From positions 1,230,001 to 1,262,000 of the forward strand of contig OY781039.1 of the NCBI GenBank assembly GCA_963676105.1: DNA of 32,000 nt. Direction: 5' to 3'. This DNA is from Erysipelotrichaceae bacterium (lineage in GTDB: Bacteria > Bacillota_I > Bacilli_A > Erysipelotrichales > Erysipelotrichaceae). Position 1 is the first letter of the stretch. The number at the start of each line of letters is the position of its first letter. Made by a program: the position numbers and the translations under genes. Shown here one piece after another: positions 27,419 to 32,000 of the stretch. The notes under the pieces were generated by a model. It did no database searches, was not told where the DNA came from, and worked only from the letters and a program-made list of their open reading frames with translations.

Positions 27419-27508
27419 AGTACAATCCTCCTTATATATAGATGTATGCCGCGGTTCATTTGGACATTGCATATCCTCCCGCGTATTGCCTGTTTGACAG
27501 GCTTACTT

Positions 27509-27537
27509 ATTTTATAGCGAAGCCTGTCTTATGTCAA
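27509..27537 (-). promoter_or_regulatory. Putative sigma-A promoter for rplK-rplA (TTGACA-17 nt-TAAAAT)
   Basis: Minus strand reads TTGACA (27537-27532), a 17-nt spacer, then TAAAAT (27514-27509), directly after the nusG terminator T-run. Confidence 0.6.
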
Positions 27538-27539
27538 AC

Positions 27540-27561
27540 AAAAAAAGCATCCGAAGATGCT
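27540..27561 (-). terminator. Intrinsic terminator downstream of nusG
   Basis: Minus-strand RNA GCAUC-UUCG-GAUGC (UUCG tetraloop) followed by UUUUUUUGUUU, 2 nt after the nusG stop. Confidence 0.8.
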
Positions 27562-27562
27562 T

Positions 27563-28108
27563 TTATGCGATTTTTTCTAAGTCGATATAAGCGATTTCTG
27601 TTGGGGTTTCACGGCCGAATAGTGAAGTTAATACAATCGCTGATTGTGCTTCATCATTCATGCTTTCGACTGTACCTTCAATGCCTGAGAAAGGACCTTG
27701 AAGAATACGTACGTGATCGCCAATTGCGAAATCCACTTGGATCTTGCTTTCGCTTAATCCTAAACGTCTAAAGATTGCTTCAATTTCATCTGGTGAAACT
27801 GGGAACGGTTTTGCCCCACCACCTGATGATCCGATAAATCCAGTAACACCTGGGGTATTACGGACAACATACCAAGCTTCATCTGTCATAATCATCTCAA
27901 CAAAAAGATAACCAGGGTAAAGGTTTTTCATCTTAACGACTTTTTTGCCGTTTTTGATTTCAACTTCTTCTTCTTCCGCAACTAGGATTCTGAATAAGTT
28001 ATGTTCGATACCCATCGTTTCAACACGACGTTCTAAGTTTTCTTTAACTCTGTTTTCATGACCGGCGTAAGTATTTACGACGTACCACTCTTTTACGATT
28101 TCTTCCAT
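27563..28108 (-). CDS. nusG: Transcription termination/antitermination factor NusG
   Basis: 181-aa ORF with an NGN domain (WYVVNTYAGHENRVKENLE) and a KOW domain (GDHVRILQGPFSGIEGTV). Confidence 0.97.
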   Translation of the reverse strand: MEEIVKEWYVVNTYAGHENRVKENLERRVETMGIEHNLFRILVAEEEEVEIKNGKKVVKMKNLYPGYLFVEMIMTDEAWYVVRNTPGVTGFIGSSGGGAKPFPVSPDEIEAIFRRLGLSESKIQVDFAIGDHVRILQGPFSGIEGTVESMNDEAQSAIVLTSLFGRETPTEIAYIDLEKIA

Positions 28109-28111
28109 AGC

Positions 28112-28297
28112 TTAAGCTCCAATTCCAATTAATTGTAAGAAGAAGGCTACGATTGCTTCGCTAGCGACGAAGAATGCACCAAAGAAAATAATAAAGATGA
28201 TTACGATCGTTGATAAACGAAGTAACTCACTTTGTTTTGGCCAACGTATACGTTTAATTTCGGTAAATATACCGGAAAGACTGAACCATTTCAACAT
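28112..28297 (-). CDS. secE: Preprotein translocase subunit SecE
   Basis: 61-aa single-TM ORF (EIKRIRWPKQSELLRLSTIVIIFIIFFGAFF) between rpmG and nusG. AGGAGG SD upstream. Confidence 0.9.
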   Translation of the reverse strand: MLKWFSLSGIFTEIKRIRWPKQSELLRLSTIVIIFIIFFGAFFVASEAIVAFFLQLIGIGA

Positions 28298-28311
28298 CTT
28301 TCAACTGCCTC

Positions 28312-28470
28312 CTACTTTGTTTCCTTATGTAAGGTTTTCTTATTGCAGTGTTTGCAATATTTCATCAACTCAAGTCTTTGACCTGCGTTGGCTTTTGTAC
28401 GTGAAGTCGTGTAGTTTCGATTGAGACATACAGTACACGTTAATATAACTTGTTTACTTTTATCCGCCAT
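28312..28470 (-). CDS. rpmG: 50S ribosomal protein L33
   Basis: 52-aa product [52 protein letters not shown] with a CxxC...CxxC Zn ribbon. The upstream part of the tracked 89-aa ORF overlaps the sigH 3' end and is not L33-like. Confidence 0.92.
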   Translation of the reverse strand: MADKSKQVILTCTVCLNRNYTTSRTKANAGQRLELMKYCKHCNKKTLHKETK

Positions 28471-28519
28471 TAAAAAAACCACGTCTTTCGTTTCTTGCTT
28501 TATAACTCTATCATTTTGC

Positions 28520-29137
28520 CTATTCACTGTCAAACAAGCTGCGTATTTTACGTCGAACCTTTTGCAGGCTATTATCGACATCTTTTTCGTTAATATTTAA
28601 GTCGCTCGCAATTTCTTTATAGGTATAACCTATTTGAAACATATGATAAACCTTCCAATCACGATCATTGAGTGTATTTTTAATTTTAGGTAATTGATCT
28701 TGTGCCCAGTTAACCATGCATTGATATTCAGGATTATATTCTTTTATATCGATGCTTACGACATCTTCTAAATATAAATTATCTTCTTTCACCATAAATG
28801 GCTCATCTAGCGATTTTGCCTGACTTAATAGTTTATAAGAATGCGAACGTGTACGTCTTAAGAAACTGCGTATTTGTCTTTCAATACATACTGAAGCGAA
28901 GGCAGAAAAACGAGAATCTATATCATCTCGATATGCACGAATCGCATCCATTAGGCCCATCATGCCTTCTTGATATAAGTCATCTTTATCAAACCCAACG
29001 GGTTTAAAACGGCATAAATGATGAACTATCTTCCATATAATCAATCGATAACGATCAATTAATAGATTGTAGCTGTCTTGATCATCTTGTCTAATCAAAT
29101 ATAATAATTCGTAATCTGTAGGCTCTTGTAATTCCAT
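28520..29137 (-). CDS. sigH: Sigma-70 family sigma factor, SigH-like
   Basis: 205-aa ORF with a region 2 motif ([20 protein letters not shown]...[13 protein letters not shown]) and a region 4 HTH ([28 protein letters not shown]). Same position as B. subtilis sigH, between rlmB and rpmG. Confidence 0.8.
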   Translation of the reverse strand: MELQEPTDYELLYLIRQDDQDSYNLLIDRYRLIIWKIVHHLCRFKPVGFDKDDLYQEGMMGLMDAIRAYRDDIDSRFSAFASVCIERQIRSFLRRTRSHSYKLLSQAKSLDEPFMVKEDNLYLEDVVSIDIKEYNPEYQCMVNWAQDQLPKIKNTLNDRDWKVYHMFQIGYTYKEIASDLNINEKDVDNSLQKVRRKIRSLFDSE

Positions 29138-29156
29138 AATTCCCCCTATGTGTTAA

Positions 29157-29870
29157 TTAGGGAAGACGTTGATTAAGAACCTCATACATAAGTAATGCAG
29201 CACTCACTGATGCGTTTAATGATGTGACTTCACCCATCATCGGGATTTTAACAATCACATCTGAATTTTTAAGCACCAATCGTGAAATACCTTGTCCTTC
29301 AGAACCAATAACCAAAGCACATTTTTCACTGTATTTTACTTTTCGATAGTCTTCAGACTTATCAGTTAAATCAGAAGCGTAAATCCAGAATCCTTGTGCT
29401 TTAAGCGTTTCAATACATTGATTGAGATTGGTTACCATTACTGTTGGGACGGTATCAATAGCGCCGGTTGATACTTTCGCAACCGTTGCGTTTAAGGAAA
29501 CTGAACCATGTTTTGGGATAATGACTGCACTGACAGCTGCTGCATCAGCAGTTCTTAGAATTGCTCCTAAATTATGAGGATCTTCTAAGCCGTCTAAAAT
29601 CACAAAGCACGCTTGATCATCAACATTAGCTAAAACTTCTTCTAAAGTGAAATAGCGAAAATCATCCACTTCTGCAATGACATTTTGGTGAACGCCTTTA
29701 AACTTCTTGAGTTCATGTTCATTGAGATATGTTAGTGGAATTTGATGTGTTTTTGCGAGCTGAACAAACGCTTGATCAGGTTTATTTTTGCTCAACAAAA
29801 GTCGATGAATTTTTTCTGTGGACAAGATGCGTTGACGAACAACGTTCTTCCCGTAAATGTAGTGTGCCAT
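29157..29870 (-). CDS. rlmB: SpoU/TrmH-family 23S rRNA 2'-O-methyltransferase (RlmB/YacO-like)
   Basis: 237-aa ORF with SPOUT motifs (DPHNLGAILRTADAAAV, LVIGSEGQGIS, IPMMGEVTSLNASVSAALLMYE). Synteny with yacO. Confidence 0.85.
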   Translation of the reverse strand: MAHYIYGKNVVRQRILSTEKIHRLLLSKNKPDQAFVQLAKTHQIPLTYLNEHELKKFKGVHQNVIAEVDDFRYFTLEEVLANVDDQACFVILDGLEDPHNLGAILRTADAAAVSAVIIPKHGSVSLNATVAKVSTGAIDTVPTVMVTNLNQCIETLKAQGFWIYASDLTDKSEDYRKVKYSEKCALVIGSEGQGISRLVLKNSDVIVKIPMMGEVTSLNASVSAALLMYEVLNQRLP

Positions 29871-29877
29871 ATGTTTT

Positions 29878-30255
29878 TTACTGGGTGGTTTTAAGTCTAT
29901 CCCAGACTTGTTTCAATCGTGTCTCATTATCGTTTAGATACCAATAACCTAATAATGCTTCAAAGCCTGTCGCTTGTCGATATGTCACAATGTCTGCATT
30001 CTTAGCTTTTGATGCACTTTTGTGATTACGTCCACGCAGATATATATTATTCTCTTCTTCACTTAGGAAATTCTCACTAAGTAAAGTTTGAACAAATTTT
30101 GCTTGAGCATTGGCTGAAACAAATTGAATACTTCTTTTTTGTAAATCGTTCGCTTTTGTATATCCTTGTTCAACTAAATAGGTTCTCACCCACAAACTAA
30201 GAACAGCATCGCCTACAAAAGCTAAGGTTGAACCGTTGAGTAATTCTGGATTCAT
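29878..30255 (-). CDS. mrnC: Mini-ribonuclease 3
   Basis: 125-aa ORF with an RNase III-like signature (LAFVGDAVLSLWVRTYL...YRQATGFEALLGYWYL). ATGA overlap with cysS, as for B. subtilis yazC. Confidence 0.85.
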   Translation of the reverse strand: MNPELLNGSTLAFVGDAVLSLWVRTYLVEQGYTKANDLQKRSIQFVSANAQAKFVQTLLSENFLSEEENNIYLRGRNHKSASKAKNADIVTYRQATGFEALLGYWYLNDNETRLKQVWDRLKTTQ

Positions 30256-31580
30256 AGTAAATTCTTTTCAATGAGTTGTGCACGATATGTATCTGCACTA
30301 GCAAAATCTTTGTCTGCTTTAGCTTGATTCCATTGATCAAATAATACGCGATTTTCATCACTTAAGACTATTTTATCAAAAACAATCCCAAAAACATTCA
30401 ACATCGATCGTAATGAATGATAATTGTTCTTAACATCTTCAGTCCATTCTTTTTGTCGAATTGAACTATTTAAAGCTTTAATTTGATCAAAGATATAGCG
30501 CATCGCATTAGGACTATTTAAATCATCTGATAAAGCATCTAAGAATGATTGATATAAATCAGTCTTTACATTTGAGTTTAAATCAATAGTTCTTAACTGA
30601 CTTTGTATTTCAACTTGTTTGAGAATACTTTGTGCTTTATTCACTTCTACTCGCGCATTCTCTATCAGTTCTTCTGTAATATTAATGGGTGCTCTGTAAT
30701 GTGTGGACAACATAATCCAACGTAAAACATTTCCACCTAATGATTTAAGCGCATCTTTAGCTAACATGGTATTGCCTAAAGATTTAGACATTTTTTCACC
30801 GTCAATATTCAACATCCCATTGTGCATCCACACATTGGCTAAACCATGATGTAAACATGCATGCGCTTGTGCAACTTCATTTTCATGATGTGGGAATTTC
30901 AGATCCATACCACCACCATGGATATCTATTTGTCTATGGAAATGATCATTGATCATGACCACACATTCTGTATGCCAACCTGGTCGTCCTTTACCCCAAG
31001 GCGAATCCCATTGAATGCCTTGTTCTGTTTTTTTCCATAAGGCAAAATCTAATGGATTTTCTTTATCAGATGTTTCTTCTATTCTTGCGCCAACCATAAG
31101 ATCTTCAATGCGTTGGTGTGAGATTTCGCCGTATTCATCAGCTTTAGCAACTCTAAAATAGACATTACCATTAACGTTGTATGCAAAATCTTGTTTGACT
31201 AAATCATCGATAAAATCAATAATCGCATCCATGCTTTCAGTGACTTTAGGTGTCTTTGTTAAACGCCCTGCATTTACGCCATCACGCACTGCATTATAAG
31301 CCGCAATATAGCGATCAGTAATATCTTTTTCACTGACCCCTTCTTCAAGTGCTTTATTAATGATTTTGTCATCTACATCAGTAATATTTGAAATGTATGT
31401 CACTTCATAGTTAAGTGCTTCAAATGTATTTCTTAAGGTATCAAAAACAATGATAGGTCGGGTGTTTCCAATATGTACATCTCCATAGACAGTTGGTCCA
31501 CAAACATACATAGATACTTTATTTTCTTCAATCGGTTTAAAATCTTCAATTTGATTGCTTTTTGAGTTATATAATCGCAT
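30252..31580 (-). CDS. cysS: Cysteine--tRNA ligase
   Basis: 442-aa ORF with class I motifs HIGNTRP (HIGH) and KMSKS and a WHTECV Zn site. AAGGAAG SD upstream. Confidence 0.97.
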   Translation of the reverse strand: MRLYNSKSNQIEDFKPIEENKVSMYVCGPTVYGDVHIGNTRPIIVFDTLRNTFEALNYEVTYISNITDVDDKIINKALEEGVSEKDITDRYIAAYNAVRDGVNAGRLTKTPKVTESMDAIIDFIDDLVKQDFAYNVNGNVYFRVAKADEYGEISHQRIEDLMVGARIEETSDKENPLDFALWKKTEQGIQWDSPWGKGRPGWHTECVVMINDHFHRQIDIHGGGMDLKFPHHENEVAQAHACLHHGLANVWMHNGMLNIDGEKMSKSLGNTMLAKDALKSLGGNVLRWIMLSTHYRAPINITEELIENARVEVNKAQSILKQVEIQSQLRTIDLNSNVKTDLYQSFLDALSDDLNSPNAMRYIFDQIKALNSSIRQKEWTEDVKNNYHSLRSMLNVFGIVFDKIVLSDENRVLFDQWNQAKADKDFASADTYRAQLIEKNLL

Positions 31581-31600
31581 ATTCTTCCTTTTTTTGTTTA

Positions 31601-31609
31601 ATTATAGCA
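31601..31609 (-). promoter_or_regulatory. Extended -10 promoter element TGCTATAAT upstream of cysS
   Basis: Minus strand reads TGCTATAAT about 20 nt upstream of the cysS ATG. The leader is too short for a T-box. Confidence 0.5.
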
Positions 31610-31658
31610 CGAGTATTTCACCCCAGTTTCACTTACACATGGTAGACTATAAAGGCAC

Positions 31659-32000
31659 ATGGAAAACATACTCGAAAAGCTGATATCGGTATCTACCGAT
31701 TTACATACTTGGTTCTTAAACTTAAATGATCAATTGGGCTTAGCCCTCAATGATAAACAATTACACTTTTGGATATTTGGCATTAGCGCACTTATCTTAT
31801 TTTATATTGTCAGAATTGTTTTTAAACTTTTAAATAAACTATCGATTTCTATCGTCGCATTCTTATTTACGCTTGTATTTTTACTAGCCTTTGCATTCGC
31901 AAATGAGATGGGTCAGTATTACAGTAGTGCTGGTATCATGGACTTTCAAGATGTCATCAGTGGTATCAATGGGTTTCTTGTGTTCTTTGGGATTGCATTT
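31659..32000 (+). CDS. Hypothetical membrane protein, N-terminal part (runs off window end)
   Basis: Open frame from the ATG at 31659 to the window end (114 codons): MENILEKLISVSTDLHTWFLNLNDQLGLALNDKQLHFWIFGISALILFYIVRIVFKLLNKLSISIVAFLFTLVFLLAFAFANEM... It has hydrophobic helices and an in-frame stop just upstream. The SD is weak. Confidence 0.5.
   Translation, partial: MENILEKLISVSTDLHTWFLNLNDQLGLALNDKQLHFWIFGISALILFYIVRIVFKLLNKLSISIVAFLFTLVFLLAFAFANEMGQYYSSAGIMDFQDVISGINGFLVFFGIAF

Noticed and set aside
27442-27771. Plus-strand 109-aa ORF spanning the rplK leader and nusG 3' end, and the 27303-27497 ORF
   Set aside because: They overlap the promoter, terminator and leader elements and run antisense to nusG and rplK. 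They have no SD and a Cys/Phe/Leu-rich nonsense-like sequence.
28798-29007. Plus-strand ORFs within the sigH and rlmB region (28798-29007, 29729-29947, 28197-28424)
   Set aside because: They are antisense to well-supported genes and have no independent signals.
31581-31658. T-box riboswitch upstream of cysS
   Set aside because: Only about 20 nt separate the extended -10 from the ATG. There is no specifier or antiterminator architecture and no room for a ~200-nt T-box.
1-32000. UGA-as-Trp (code 4) recoding, as in many Mollicutes
   Set aside because: TGA terminates acn (AAATGAGT overlap with icd) and cysS (CTATGAAT overlap with mrnC) exactly where the proteins should end. The Trp codons I checked are TGG. 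All large genes are intact under code 11.

Overview
AT-rich bacterial window, standard genetic code: TGA is a real stop at the acn/icd and cysS/mrnC ATGA overlaps, and Trp is TGG. It is almost entirely minus-strand core information-processing genes in Bacillus-like order. From high to low coordinate: cysS-mrnC-rlmB-sigH-rpmG-secE-nusG-rplK-rplA-rplJ-rplL-ybxB-like methyltransferase-rpoB-rpoC, then an XRE-HTH membrane protein and a small membrane protein, then rpsL-rpsG-fusA-tuf. Next come two small unlisted ORFs and a plus-strand aminotransferase, then acn-icd-gltA, then rpsJ-rplC-rplD-rplW-rplB(partial). Several sigma-A-type promoters, intrinsic terminators and r-protein leaders can be read directly. 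There are no rRNA or tRNA genes, CRISPR arrays or mobile elements. The standout is RNA polymerase. rpoC encodes a continuous 1927-aa beta-prime with a ~634-aa insertion immediately N-terminal to the bridge helix, in the F-loop position rather than the trigger-loop SI3 position. About 510 aa of that insertion form eight tandem, diverged ~61-67-aa Lys/Glu/Leu-rich repeats. rpoB carries about 200 extra residues in the lobe region and Asn at the E. coli His526 rifampicin position, a Mollicutes-type signature. A stand-alone alpha-CTD-like 58-aa ORF sits downstream of tuf. Lineage is inferred only: a Mollicutes- or Erysipelotrichia-like low-GC Bacillota. All homology statements come from reading the sequences by eye and from memory of reference proteins; no searches were run.
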